64,000 nt of DNA from Candidatus Magasanikiibacteriota bacterium (GTDB taxonomy: Bacteria; Patescibacteriota; Patescibacteriia; Magasanikbacterales; GWA2-37-8), in NCBI GenBank assembly GCA_963802255.1, contig CAWDHY010000001.1:299842-363841 (forward strand), in the 5' to 3' direction. The notes beneath the pieces are model-generated. The model saw only the letters and a program-made list of their open reading frames with translations, did not search any database and was not told the origin of the DNA. Shown in pieces: positions 54,513 to 64,000 of the stretch. The position numbers and the translations under genes were made by a program. The stretch's first letter is position 1; each line of letters begins with the position of its first letter.

Positions 54513-55892
54513 TTTTATATTCGTCTCTTTTGGCGTGTCTCTAACCGTATAACCGAGTTTCGTGAGCTTGTCCCGCAACTCGTCGCTTTTTTGCCAATTT
54601 TTTTCCGCCCGGGCTATATCTCTTTCCCGGATCAATGTCTGAACGGAGACAGGTATAATATCCGGTTCTTTATTTAAATTATCTTTTATTTTTAATCCCA
54701 ATATTTCGTCATACTCAAACAAGGTTTTTTGGCTGATTTTTTTCCCTTTTACCGCCTCCCAGATAATTGCCAGAGCGGCCGGCGTATCCAGATCATTATT
54801 TATTGCTGTTAAAAATTTTTCTTTAATTTTTTCGTTTACCTCAACACTGTGCATTGAGAGCGATGTTTTTCGTTCCAACGCATCCGCCGCTTTATACAAA
54901 TGTTCAAGTCCGTTCTGCGCCGCTTCCAGTGCCTGCCAGCTAAAAATTAATTGTTTTCGGTAATGGGCCTGCAATATAAAATAGCGATAGGCGATAGGAT
55001 TGATATTTTTTTCTTTGAGCGTCTCTAATGTTATAAAATTACCGGCTGATTTTGCCATTTTTTCTTCACCCATGTTTAAAAATTCATTGTGAATCCAGTA
55101 TTTCGCAGGCATGACCCCTTCAGCCGCTTCAGTTTGCGCAATTTCATTAGTGTGATGCACCGGAATGTGATCAATACCGCCGGTGTGAATATCGAATGGG
55201 ATGCCCAAATATTTTGCCGACATTGCCGAGCATTCAATATGCCAGCCGGGAAAACCCACTCCCCAGGGGCTTTTCCACTCCATTTGTCTTTTTGATAATT
55301 TCGGCGAGAATTTCCATAGCGCGAAGTCAGTATTATTTTTTTTACCGCCAAGCGCCACACGGATGCCGGCACGCAAATCTTGTTTGTTCAGTTCGGCCAA
55401 TTTTCCGTAATCAGAGAGTTTTGACGTATCAAAATATACGCCGTCAGCGGTGATATAGGTAAAACCCTTTTTTTCCAATTTTTTAATAAGTTTAATTTGT
55501 TCTTGTATATGTTCGGTGGCCCGGCAGATTATGTCCGGTTTATGAATATTCAAATCAGCCATATCCCGCATAAAAGCCTTGGTGTAAAAATCAGCAATTT
55601 CCCAAGCCGGCTTGTTTTCTCTGGAAGATCCCTTTTCAATTTTATCTTCGCCTTCGTCAGCATCGCTTGTCAGATGTCCCACATCGGTAATATTCATTAC
55701 ATGTTTAACTTTGAATCCATTGAACTCCAGTGCGCGGCGCAGAATATCCCAAATAATATAGGAGCGAAGATTGCCGATATGAGCGTAATCATAAACAGTC
55801 GGTCCGCAAGCGTATATGCCGACTTTTTTGTTTTTTAACGGCTTGAATTCCTCAAGCTGTCTGGTAAGAGTGTTGAATAATTTGAATTGCAT
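54507..55892 (-). CDS. cysS: cysteinyl-tRNA synthetase
   Basis: [21 protein letters not shown] (HIGH), KMAKSAGN (KMSKS), and Zn-binding Cys/His positions. Confidence 0.9.
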   Translation of the reverse strand: MQFKLFNTLTRQLEEFKPLKNKKVGIYACGPTVYDYAHIGNLRSYIIWDILRRALEFNGFKVKHVMNITDVGHLTSDADEGEDKIEKGSSRENKPAWEIADFYTKAFMRDMADLNIHKPDIICRATEHIQEQIKLIKKLEKKGFTYITADGVYFDTSKLSDYGKLAELNKQDLRAGIRVALGGKKNNTDFALWKFSPKLSKRQMEWKSPWGVGFPGWHIECSAMSAKYLGIPFDIHTGGIDHIPVHHTNEIAQTEAAEGVMPAKYWIHNEFLNMGEEKMAKSAGNFITLETLKEKNINPIAYRYFILQAHYRKQLIFSWQALEAAQNGLEHLYKAADALERKTSLSMHSVEVNEKIKEKFLTAINNDLDTPAALAIIWEAVKGKKISQKTLFEYDEILGLKIKDNLNKEPDIIPVSVQTLIRERDIARAEKNWQKSDELRDKLTKLGYTVRDTPKETNIKK

Positions 55893-56051
55893 AGAGATAG
55901 TCGTATTTTATCTTACTTTGCGGCATATTTCAATACAGATATACCCATGCCAGTTAAAATTTGATATAATATGAAAAGAATGAAGATTGAGAATTGAGGA
56001 CTAAAATTCCGTTTTTTTATGCTTTAATTCTTACTCATTATTTTTTTCAAT

Positions 56052-57203
56052 ATGGGATTATTTTCAAAACCGAAAGCGTATCTGGGAGTAGATTTGGGCG
56101 CCGGCGGAATTAAGCTCGTTGAGTTGCGGCAAGAAAAAAACCGGCCGGTTCTTTTCACTTATGGCCTCACTTCAGTGCCACAAGATGTGCATCAGTTGCT
56201 GGCCGAGCAAAGACTGGCGCCTGAACGGATGAAAATAGAGCAAAAAGAGAATATCCGCCTTGAAAAAAAGGACACCCCTTTACTTGATGCTTCGGAAGAG
56301 CGGATTAACCGTTATGCTGAAACATTGAAAGCGGTTTGCAAGGCGGCGAAGACAGTATCACAGACAGCGGTGGTCAGTTTGCCGGTTTCTGCGGTTTTTA
56401 ATTCTATTGTAACAATGCCAAAAGTGGATCAGAAGGAGTTTATGGGTGTCTTAAAAGCCGAGGTCAAAAAGCTTCTGCCGTATTCAATAGATGAAATGGT
56501 GCTGGATTATCAGATTCTTGAAAGTTTTTCCACTGATAAAGTAAAAAAGATATTAATCAGCGCTGTTCCGAAAACAATCGTTGAATTTTATACGCGCGTG
56601 TTTAAGCGGGCGGGGCTGATATTAGAATCATTAGAGCCGGAATCCACCGCGTTGGAGCGTTCGCTGATAGGGCGTGATAAAGCCGTTACCATGCTCATTG
56701 ATATGGGGGCCGAGCGGACCAATTTTTTTATTATTGATCAATCTATTCCCATCACCAACCACACAATTGAATCCGGTGGAAATAAGATTAACCGCCTTCT
56801 TATGAACGCGCTGGGCGCGGAGGAAAGTGAAATTGGCGAGATAAAACATGATTTGTTCAAGCGGTCTCAAAGCGGCTCGGCAAAGCTTGATAAGAAGACC
56901 TTTATTGATTATATAATGCCGGTGGTAGATCCCATTGTGAAACAAATTGAATACAGTTTTGGCTTATACTTAAATCAAACCGGGAATGAGAATAAACGGC
57001 CGGAAAAGATTGTACTGACCGGTGGGGCGGCTATGGTGCCGTTCTTAGCTGAGCATTTATCCGACACTTTCAAGATAAAATGTTATTTGGGCGACCCGTG
57101 GGCAAGAGTGGTTTATCAGGATAGGTTGAAACCGCTTTTAAATGAAATTGGCCCCAGAATGTCAGTGGCGATCGGACTGGCTTTAAAGAATATAACAAAA
57201 TAA
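56052..57203 (+). CDS. pilM: type IV pilus assembly ATPase-fold protein PilM
   Basis: KAYLGVDLGAGGIKLVELRQEKNRPVLFTYG is an actin-like PilM N-terminus. 383 aa. An extended -10 sequence tgatataat lies about 90 nt upstream. Confidence 0.8.
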   Translation: MGLFSKPKAYLGVDLGAGGIKLVELRQEKNRPVLFTYGLTSVPQDVHQLLAEQRLAPERMKIEQKENIRLEKKDTPLLDASEERINRYAETLKAVCKAAKTVSQTAVVSLPVSAVFNSIVTMPKVDQKEFMGVLKAEVKKLLPYSIDEMVLDYQILESFSTDKVKKILISAVPKTIVEFYTRVFKRAGLILESLEPESTALERSLIGRDKAVTMLIDMGAERTNFFIIDQSIPITNHTIESGGNKINRLLMNALGAEESEIGEIKHDLFKRSQSGSAKLDKKTFIDYIMPVVDPIVKQIEYSFGLYLNQTGNENKRPEKIVLTGGAAMVPFLAEHLSDTFKIKCYLGDPWARVVYQDRLKPLLNEIGPRMSVAIGLALKNITK

Positions 57204-57206
57204 TTT

Positions 57207-57617
57207 TTGCTTATGCTTAGGCAAAAAAAGCAAACCGGAGGTCAGCCGCATATACTTTTAGTGGAAAGCGACGCTTTTTTGGCAGACATATATGAAAAAA
57301 ATTTATTAATGGAAGATTTTAAAGTTAGTAAAGCTACTAATGGTGAACGCGCTCTAAAGATATTGGAGGGTAAGGGGGTAGATTTGGTATTACTATCGGT
57401 TCTATTGCCGAAAATGAACGGATTTGAAATGCTTTCCGCTATAAAGAACAATCAAAAAACAGGCGCTATTCCGGTTTTAATGCTTTCTAAGCTCGGAACT
57501 GCTGAAGATGTACGGAAATCAAAAGAATTAGGCGCTGATGGCTATATAATTGAGACACATTTTATGCCATCTGAGATTGTGGATAAGATAAAAAAGATAT
57601 TGTTTCATAAAGGCTAG
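57207..57617 (+). CDS. stand-alone CheY-like receiver domain, degenerate (phospho-acceptor Asp replaced by Ser, conserved Lys replaced by Glu)
   Basis: HILLVESDAF...VDLVLLSVLLPKMNGFEM...IPVLMLSK...GADGYIIETHF. The Ser falls at the D57 position by manual alignment. Confidence 0.65.
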   Translation: MLMLRQKKQTGGQPHILLVESDAFLADIYEKNLLMEDFKVSKATNGERALKILEGKGVDLVLLSVLLPKMNGFEMLSAIKNNQKTGAIPVLMLSKLGTAEDVRKSKELGADGYIIETHFMPSEIVDKIKKILFHKG

Positions 57618-57669
57618 TTGTGTGGTATACTATGCGCAATGAAAAATACAAACGAAAGGGGGTGAATTT

Positions 57670-58119
57670 ATGAATAAAAAAGGTTTTACCTTGATTGAGC
57701 TCTTGGTTGTTATCGCCATCATTGGTTTATTGTCCACTTTGGCGGTCGTCGCGTTGGGTTCTGCTCGTCAGAAAGCTCGCGATTCCAAGCGTTTATCAGA
57801 TATCAAACAGGTCCAGACCGCTTTGGAATTGTATTACACGGATGCCAACAGTTATCCGACAACATCAGTGGCAGTGGCACTTGGTTCCACGGGTTATACA
57901 TGTTTGGATACCAATGGTTGGAGCAGTGCTCCTTGTACTGGTGCTACCATTTATATGGGTTTAGTACCGGCAGAGCCGACACCAGGCGTAGCCAGTTATA
58001 TGTACGCCTCACCGACTGGTACAGCGTATACAATTACAGCGACTCTCGAGGGTACTATAAATGAACTTTCCGGTGATATTATCGCTTCCCAGAATGGCCT
58101 TCAGCAAGTAACTCCGTAA
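57670..58119 (+). CDS. type IV pilin / pseudopilin (prepilin-type N-terminal cleavage/methylation domain)
   Basis: [29 protein letters not shown] is a class III signal with a G|FTLIE cleavage motif. Confidence 0.9.
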   Translation: MNKKGFTLIELLVVIAIIGLLSTLAVVALGSARQKARDSKRLSDIKQVQTALELYYTDANSYPTTSVAVALGSTGYTCLDTNGWSSAPCTGATIYMGLVPAEPTPGVASYMYASPTGTAYTITATLEGTINELSGDIIASQNGLQQVTP

Positions 58120-58152
58120 ACATCGTAATTTTCAATATTGAAAATTGTCAAA

Positions 58153-58185
58153 AAATCCCGGTATTTTACCGGGATTTTTGTTTAT
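58153..58185 (+). terminator. intrinsic terminator after the pilin gene
   Basis: aaaaaatcccggtattttaccgggatttttgttt. Confidence 0.7.
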
Positions 58186-58241
58186 ACACGCCCCTTTTTT
58201 AATCGCTAAATTATGATATACTATATTGGCTTAAATGAATT

Positions 58242-59033
58242 ATGGAGCAAGGATTGGAAGTTATAATTTACCTTCTGCTTTTCGTCACCGGCGCTACTAT
58301 CGGCAGTTTTATTAACTGTCTTATTTGGCGTCAAAATAACAATATGAAAGTGACGAGCGGGCGCAGTCAATGTGTTCATTGCGGAAGGCGATTGAAATGG
58401 TGGGAAAATATCCCAATTTTTAGCTATCTTTTTTTGCGCGGACGGTGCCGCACTTGCAAGAAAAAGATACCGGCCTATTATTTTGTAAATGAGTTTTTTT
58501 GTGGTTTTCTGTTTGTTTTTATTTATTGGACCGTACTGATTCACTTCAATGATTCTTGGTGGCGTTTTGCCCGGGATATCATTTTTTTATCTTTTTTAAT
58601 TATCATTTTTTTCGGCGACATGCTTTATCGTGTTATTTGGCCGGTTATTATTTGGCCGGCCACGATAATCGGTTTTCTTTTCAATTGGATATATTTGGAT
58701 ATTCCAATACCTTCCATGTTGATCGGTCTTGCCGTGGGGGGAGGTTTTTTTCTGGCACAATATGCGGTATCGCGCGGGCGCTGGATCGGTGGAGGTGACA
58801 TTCGAATGGGGGTGATGATGGGGGTCTGGCTCGGTTTTCCTGCAATTGTGGCGGCAATTTTTATGGCATATTTTTTAGGCGGATTCGCAGCTATTTTGCT
58901 TTTGATTTCCAGAAAGAAAAAATGGAGCGCTTCGACGGAGATAGCTTTTGGTCCGTTTTTATCTATCGCCACAATTTGGGCGCTTTATCACGGTGAGAAG
59001 TCAATAAACTGGATTATTTCACTATTCGGATAA
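58242..59033 (+). CDS. pilD: prepilin peptidase (A24 family)
   Basis: N-terminal TM, then CVHCGRRL...CRTCKKKI tetracysteine, and a polytopic C-terminal region with conserved Asp. Confidence 0.85.
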   Translation: MEQGLEVIIYLLLFVTGATIGSFINCLIWRQNNNMKVTSGRSQCVHCGRRLKWWENIPIFSYLFLRGRCRTCKKKIPAYYFVNEFFCGFLFVFIYWTVLIHFNDSWWRFARDIIFLSFLIIIFFGDMLYRVIWPVIIWPATIIGFLFNWIYLDIPIPSMLIGLAVGGGFFLAQYAVSRGRWIGGGDIRMGVMMGVWLGFPAIVAAIFMAYFLGGFAAILLLISRKKKWSASTEIAFGPFLSIATIWALYHGEKSINWIISLFG

Positions 59034-59037
59034 TTTT

Positions 59038-60729
59038 ATGGCTGTTTCAAAAGATGAAATAAATAGAAGAATAGTAAAACTGCGCAAAGAGATTGAAAGA
59101 TATCGTTATGAATATCATGTTTTGGATAAGCTAAATATTTCTGAAGCGGCATTGGATTCTCTAAAAAAGGAACTATATGATTTGGAAGCGATGCACCCTG
59201 ATTTGATAACGCCGGATAGTCCGACTCAGCGGGTGGCCGGACAAGCGCTTGATAAGTTTGAAAAAACCGTGCATCAGGTGGCACAGTGGAGTTTTGATGA
59301 TGCCTTTTCCCGCGAGGATATGGAAAATTGGCAGGATAAAGTGTTTAATTATCTGGAAAAGCAGACAGGCTCCCGTCCAAAATCGGTTGATTATATGTGC
59401 GAGTTGAAAATTGACGGTTTGCATGTGGTTTTAACCTATCAAAATGGGAAACTGGTGCTGGCCGCAACCCGTGGCGACGGAAAAGTTGGCGAAAACGTTA
59501 CACAAAATATTAAAACTATTCAAAGCGTGCCGCTTAAAATAAATGAAGAAGCGGATATTATAGTGGAAGGAGAGGTGTGGCTGGGACGAAAAATGCTTGA
59601 AAAAATCAATAAAGAAAGGGCTAAATCCGGTGAGGCGGTTTTTGCTAATCCGCGCAATGCCGCGGCCGGCACCATACGGCAGCTCGATTCCCGGGTTGTG
59701 GCGGAAAGAAAATTGGACACCTATATATATGATATTTCCGCAGGCGAAATACCAGTTTCGCAGAAGCTCGAACTTGAGAGACTGGAAAAATTGGGTTTTA
59801 AGGTGAATCAGCGCAGGCGTTTATGTAAAAACTTGGATGAGGTGACGGTGTTTTGGGAAGAATGGCAAAAAAAGAAGGATTCACAAGATTATTGGATTGA
59901 TGGCGTGGTGATAAAAGTGAATGAAAGAAAATTGCAGAATATTTTGGGTTATACCGGTAAATCACCGCGTTGGGCGATTGCTTATAAATTTCCGGCAGAG
60001 CAGGGGACCACAGTTGTTGAAGAAGTGTATGTGCAAGTGGGACGCACGGGCGCGCTTACACCGGTCGCCAGAGTCCGCCCGACACATCTTGCCGGCACTA
60101 CAGTTACGCATTCCACTCTGCATAATTTTGACGAGATTGAAAGACTCGGGTTGAAAGTGGGCGACACGGTTATTATGGAAAAAGCCGGTGATGTTATTCC
60201 GAAAATAGTTGAGGTTTTACCGCGGCTTCGTACAGGACATGAAAAAAATGTAATTATACCCAAAAAATGCCCGGTTTGCGGTTCAGAGGTAATGAGAAAA
60301 ATATTAGAAATTGAAAAGGGGAGAAAGAGCGCCGCATTGTATTGCGCCAATAAAAATTGTTTTGCTCAAGAACTGGAAAAAATTAATCATTTTGTATCCA
60401 AACACGCGTTTGATATTGACCATTGCGGAGAAAAAATTGTTGAACAATTGGTGAATGTGGGCTTAATTAAGGACGCGGCTGATTTGTTTATTTTGACTAT
60501 TGGCGATTTGGAGGAATTAGACCGTTTTGGTGAAAAGTCAGCTAAAAATTTAGTTGAATCTATACAGAAAGCTAAGAATGTAACATTCGCGAGATTCATC
60601 AACGCTTTAAGCATCCAGCATGTCGGTGTTGAAACAGCTGAAGATATAGCGGAATATTTTGGTACCTTGGATAAGTTTATGAATGCATCTCCGGAACAGT
60701 TGCTATATGATAAATGGTGTTGGCGATAA
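59038..60729 (+). CDS. ligA: NAD-dependent DNA ligase, N-terminal 563 aa (adenylation, OB, Zn-finger, HhH). Interrupted by a frameshift before the BRCT region.
   Basis: ELKIDGLHVVLTY (KxDG), CPVCGSEV...C (Zn finger). The frame ends ...FMNASPEQLLYDKWCWR*. Confidence 0.85.
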   Translation: MAVSKDEINRRIVKLRKEIERYRYEYHVLDKLNISEAALDSLKKELYDLEAMHPDLITPDSPTQRVAGQALDKFEKTVHQVAQWSFDDAFSREDMENWQDKVFNYLEKQTGSRPKSVDYMCELKIDGLHVVLTYQNGKLVLAATRGDGKVGENVTQNIKTIQSVPLKINEEADIIVEGEVWLGRKMLEKINKERAKSGEAVFANPRNAAAGTIRQLDSRVVAERKLDTYIYDISAGEIPVSQKLELERLEKLGFKVNQRRRLCKNLDEVTVFWEEWQKKKDSQDYWIDGVVIKVNERKLQNILGYTGKSPRWAIAYKFPAEQGTTVVEEVYVQVGRTGALTPVARVRPTHLAGTTVTHSTLHNFDEIERLGLKVGDTVIMEKAGDVIPKIVEVLPRLRTGHEKNVIIPKKCPVCGSEVMRKILEIEKGRKSAALYCANKNCFAQELEKINHFVSKHAFDIDHCGEKIVEQLVNVGLIKDAADLFILTIGDLEELDRFGEKSAKNLVESIQKAKNVTFARFINALSIQHVGVETAEDIAEYFGTLDKFMNASPEQLLYDKWCWR

Positions 60730-61075
60730 AGTGGCAAAATCGATTATTGAATTTTTTAAGGACAAGAAAAATGTTTTATATATCGCCAAATTATTGAAAA
60801 ATGGAGTAGCTATCGGAAGGCAGAAAGTTGAAAAAAGAGAACACGGTAAACTTGCCGGTCAAACTTTTGTCTTGACCGGGACGCTCGATTCAATGAGCAG
60901 AGATGAGGCAAGAGAAAAAATTAAAACTCTCGGCGGAGAGGTGAGCGGGTCGGTCAGTAAAAATACATCAGCGGTTGTCGCCGGTGCAGAGCCGGGAGGT
61001 AAATATATAAATGCGAAAAAGCTCGGCGTGAAAATATTGGCTGAAAAAGAATTTTTAGAAATGATAAAAGAATGA
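60683..61075 (+). CDS. ligA: C-terminal fragment of ligA (HhH tail + BRCT) in the +1 frame
   Basis: ...YMINGVGDKVAKSIIEFF then BRCT GQTFVLTGTLDSMSRDEAREKIKTLGGEVSGSVSKNTSAVVAG. The meaningful part begins at about 60707. Confidence 0.8.
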   Translation: MHLRNSCYMINGVGDKVAKSIIEFFKDKKNVLYIAKLLKNGVAIGRQKVEKREHGKLAGQTFVLTGTLDSMSRDEAREKIKTLGGEVSGSVSKNTSAVVAGAEPGGKYINAKKLGVKILAEKEFLEMIKE

Positions 61076-61090
61076 TATAATTAGGAGGAT

Positions 61091-63586
61091 ATGCAATCAA
61101 AAAAATTCATTCGTTGGTTCAGGGAATTAAAATTAAAAGATATTCCGGTCGTAGGAGGGAAGAACGCTTCATTGGGTGAAATGTATTCAACCCTTTCAAA
61201 AAAAGGTATTATTGTGCCCAATGGTTTTGCTGTTACTGCTGACGCATACCGGCATTTTTTAAGCCATAATTCTTTAGATAAAAAAATTAAGGCGCTTCTT
61301 AAAAATCTGGATTCAAAGAATGTTAAATTATTGAGCAAAGCGGGTTCAAAAGTCAGGAAGCTGATTTTGGGCGGTGAAATGCCTTGGGATATAATGCGCG
61401 AAATCCATAGCGCGTATAGAGAGTTGTCAAAAAAAACAGGTGAAAAAAAATTGGCAGTCGCAGTCCGTTCAAGCGCAACAGCCGAGGATTTGCCTACGGC
61501 CAGTTTCGCGGGACAGCAAGAAACATACCTAAATGTCCGCGGTGAAAAAGAACTGGTTTTAGCCGTAAAAAAATGTATGGCTTCGCTTTTTACCAACCGG
61601 GCCATTTCCTATCGCGAGGATAAAGGCTTCGACCATTTAAGCATTGCGCTCTCGGTGGCGGTTCAACAGATGGTACGTTCGGATATCGGTACCTCAGGAG
61701 TGATGTTCACACTGGATACTGAGTCGGGATTTAAAGGCGTGGTGTTAATAAACGCAACATATGGGCTGGGAGAATATGTGGTAAAGGGGCGTGTTGTTCC
61801 GGATCAGTTTTATATTTTCAAAGCCGGGGTAAAAAACGGTTTTAAATCGATCATCAGCCGTCGTTTGGGCAGCAAGGAAGTTAAACTAGTCTATAATAAT
61901 AATCAAGGAACGAAACAATTACCGGTCAAAGCGGCCGACAGGGAGGTATTTTGTTTATCAGACGAAGACGTTTTAAAATTGGCGCGCTGGGGGACCGTTA
62001 TTGAAGACCATTATGGACGGCCAATGGATATTGAGTGGGCGAAAGACGGAAAAACCGGCAAATTATATATTGTTCAGGCGCGGTCAGAAACGGTCAAATC
62101 GCAAGAGCAAATAAACACAATTGAAACATACCGCTTGAAAAAAAGAGGAGAAATTCTTTTGGAAGGATCCAGCATTGGTCAGAGAATCGGTACCGGAAAA
62201 GTCCGGATTATAGAAACGCCAAAACAAATGAATAACTTTAAAAAAGGAGAGGTACTGGTAACAAGAATTACAGATCCGGACTGGGAGCCGATTATGCGCT
62301 TGGCCGGAGCAATTATTACGGAACAGGGAGGAAAAACTTCTCATGCGGCCATTGTAAGCCGTGAGCTTGGAACACCGTGCGTCGTTGGAGCGTCAGGAGC
62401 AAGAAAAAAATTAAAAAATACACAGCCGGTGACGGTTTCATGCGCGGAAGGAGAGACCGGTTTTGTTTACAAAGGTATATTGCCGTTTTTAATTGAACGC
62501 ACCCACGTAAAAGCGCAAAAAAAGACACGGACAAAAATAATGATGAATGTCGGTGATCCGAACGGCGCTTTTTCTTTGGCCGCTATCCCAAACGACGGGG
62601 TGGGGCTGGCGCGAGAAGAATTTATTTTTACCGATTTCATAAAAATTCACCCGTTGGCATTAGTTGGTTTTGACAAAATAAAAGATAGAGATATTAAAGA
62701 AAAAATAAATAAACTGACCGTCGGATATAAAGATAAAAAACAATACTGCGTAGATAAATTAGCCGAAGGAATTGCTTTTATCGCAACCGCATTTTATCCG
62801 AATGATGTGATTGTCCGTTTGTCTGATTTTAAAACCAACGAATATGCCACGTTAATAGGTGGCGCGGAATTTGAACCGCATGAAGAAAATCCGATGCTTG
62901 GCTGGCGGGGCGCATCCAGATATTATGATCCGAAATATAAGGCCGGGTTTGCTTTAGAGTGCGCCGCTATCAGAAAAACGCGAGAGAAATGGGGTTTGAA
63001 AAATATTATTGTTATGATTCCGTTTTGCCGTACGCCCGAGGAGGGGAAGAAAGTTCTTGCTACCATGAAAGAGTTTGGTTTGGAACGCGGAAAAAACGAA
63101 TTAAAAGTATATGTAATGTGTGAAATTCCTTCAAATGTAATTTTGGCAAAAGAATATTCCCGGATTTTTGACGGATTCAGCATCGGTTCTAATGATTTGA
63201 CGCAGTTGACACTCGGCGTGGACCGTGATTCGTCTTTGGTGGCGCATATTTATGATGAAAATAATTTGGCGGTAAAAAAATTAATCAGCAGCGTGATAAA
63301 AACCGCGCATAAATACAAATGCAAGGTTGGAATCTGCGGACAGGCGCCGAGCGATTATCCGGAATTTGCCGAATTTTTGGTAAAGGAGAAAATTGACAGT
63401 ATCTCATTAAATCCGGATACGGTTTTAAAAACAAGGCAAAATATTTTAAGCATGGAGAACAGAATATTTAAAGGAACTTCCGGAGCAGTGGTAATATCAA
63501 AAGCGTTTGCATTTATTGCGTTCGGGTTGTTGGTTTTTGCCGTGGCCGGATACGCATTTGAAACCGCTCAATCTTTTATAAAATAA
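61091..63586 (+). CDS. ppsA: phosphoenolpyruvate synthase (pyruvate, water dikinase) with an unusual hydrophobic C-terminal extension
   Basis: N-terminal ATP-grasp FRELKLKDIPVVGGKNASLGEM. Phospho-His domain GGKTSHAAIVSRELGTPCVVG. PEP-utilising TIM barrel. Last ~35 aa: GAVVISKAFAFIAFGLLVFAVAGYAFE. Confidence 0.9.
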   Translation: MQSKKFIRWFRELKLKDIPVVGGKNASLGEMYSTLSKKGIIVPNGFAVTADAYRHFLSHNSLDKKIKALLKNLDSKNVKLLSKAGSKVRKLILGGEMPWDIMREIHSAYRELSKKTGEKKLAVAVRSSATAEDLPTASFAGQQETYLNVRGEKELVLAVKKCMASLFTNRAISYREDKGFDHLSIALSVAVQQMVRSDIGTSGVMFTLDTESGFKGVVLINATYGLGEYVVKGRVVPDQFYIFKAGVKNGFKSIISRRLGSKEVKLVYNNNQGTKQLPVKAADREVFCLSDEDVLKLARWGTVIEDHYGRPMDIEWAKDGKTGKLYIVQARSETVKSQEQINTIETYRLKKRGEILLEGSSIGQRIGTGKVRIIETPKQMNNFKKGEVLVTRITDPDWEPIMRLAGAIITEQGGKTSHAAIVSRELGTPCVVGASGARKKLKNTQPVTVSCAEGETGFVYKGILPFLIERTHVKAQKKTRTKIMMNVGDPNGAFSLAAIPNDGVGLAREEFIFTDFIKIHPLALVGFDKIKDRDIKEKINKLTVGYKDKKQYCVDKLAEGIAFIATAFYPNDVIVRLSDFKTNEYATLIGGAEFEPHEENPMLGWRGASRYYDPKYKAGFALECAAIRKTREKWGLKNIIVMIPFCRTPEEGKKVLATMKEFGLERGKNELKVYVMCEIPSNVILAKEYSRIFDGFSIGSNDLTQLTLGVDRDSSLVAHIYDENNLAVKKLISSVIKTAHKYKCKVGICGQAPSDYPEFAEFLVKEKIDSISLNPDTVLKTRQNILSMENRIFKGTSGAVVISKAFAFIAFGLLVFAVAGYAFETAQSFIK

Positions 63587-63596
63587 TGATAAAAAA

Positions 63597-63630
63597 ATAT
63601 CCCGGCATGATTGCCGGGATATTTTTTTTC
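63597..63630. terminator. bidirectional intrinsic terminator
   Basis: aaaaaatatcccggcatgattgccgggatatttttttt. Confidence 0.7.
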
Positions 63631-63702
63631 TTCTGTCCGCGAATTTTTCACGGTCAAAAGAGGGACCGGAACGAGAAGCGTCCCGGTATAAAATCCCCAC
63701 CC

Positions 63703-63990
63703 TTACATCAGAATAATGGTTGCCGTTTTGAAACGGTCAACCTTGGCAATGCGGTCTGCAACTGCGGTGATGTCCGGCTTGTGCTTGTTGAGCAATATCC
63801 CAACTTTTTCTTTCGTCGGTATGCCGAGCATCTTTGCCGCTGTCGTCAACGCTTTTGGAATTTCGTTGATTTCAGCACACATCACCAGATGAATCGCATG
63901 ATTTTTCGCACCGGATTCCCTGCTGCCGAGAGTGACCTGTTCGGACAAAATTATCTGGCCGAGCCTGACCTGTTTTTTGCTCAGGTTCAA
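63703..63990 (-). CDS. 3' portion of a gene running off the window end (product unknown)
   Basis: The ORF is open to the window edge. The C-terminal 95 aa are ...LGIPTKEKVGILLNKHKPDITAVADRIAKVDRFKTATIILM. Confidence 0.3.
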   Translation of the reverse strand: MNLSKKQVRLGQIILSEQVTLGSRESGAKNHAIHLVMCAEINEIPKALTTAAKMLGIPTKEKVGILLNKHKPDITAVADRIAKVDRFKTATIILM

Positions 63991-64000
63991 TTTGAACCTC

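Overview
Standard-code bacterial segment of about 40% GC with tightly packed operons. The gene content suggests a CPR/Patescibacteria-like lineage: a type IV pilus set (pilM, pilin, pilD), a giant surface protein, an archaeal-type UMP kinase and a bacterial Elp3. All product calls come from motif reading only; nothing was searched. Coordinates I derived by hand (tRNA, rpmB, repeats, hairpins) may be off by 1-2 nt.

Main contents:
- A long + strand operon runs rpsU, two paralogous surface proteins sharing a VirB2/TrbC-like two-helix N-terminal module (one a 3730-aa multi-domain giant), two paralogous membrane proteins, ybeY, dgkA, ftsA, ftsZ, nrdR, a membrane protein and pyk.
- A - strand block holds a bacterial Elp3 homolog and a frameshifted glyA, with a Trm9-like methyltransferase divergent from elp3 and its start codon abutting the elp3 start.
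- A carbohydrate block carries a GT4 glycosyltransferase, folD, a DMT transporter, a GH-like hydrolase, tRNA-Val followed by a 19-bp copy of its own 3' end, a GH13 alpha-amylase, one clearly GC-rich foreign-looking gene and an amino-acid permease.
- A divergent control region with three operator-like repeats sits between an excisionase-family HTH gene (followed by a surface protein) and an ECF sigma / anti-sigma / 1246-aa secreted protein module.
- Further genes: a short Zn-phospholipase-C-like protein, a beta-helix protein, GIY-YIG, an rpmB (L28) missing from the ORF track, an M50 protease, a PF04020-like membrane protein, a 1084-aa acidic orphan, archaeal-type pyrH with a disrupted N-terminus, rplJ-rplL, cysS, pilM / degenerate receiver / pilin / pilD, ligA split by a frameshift, and ppsA.

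No CRISPR array, rRNA or transposase was seen. Three essential genes (glyA, ligA, pyrH) carry apparent 1-nt frame disruptions, and several families of small GC-rich hairpin repeats occur in intergenic or start-codon regions.
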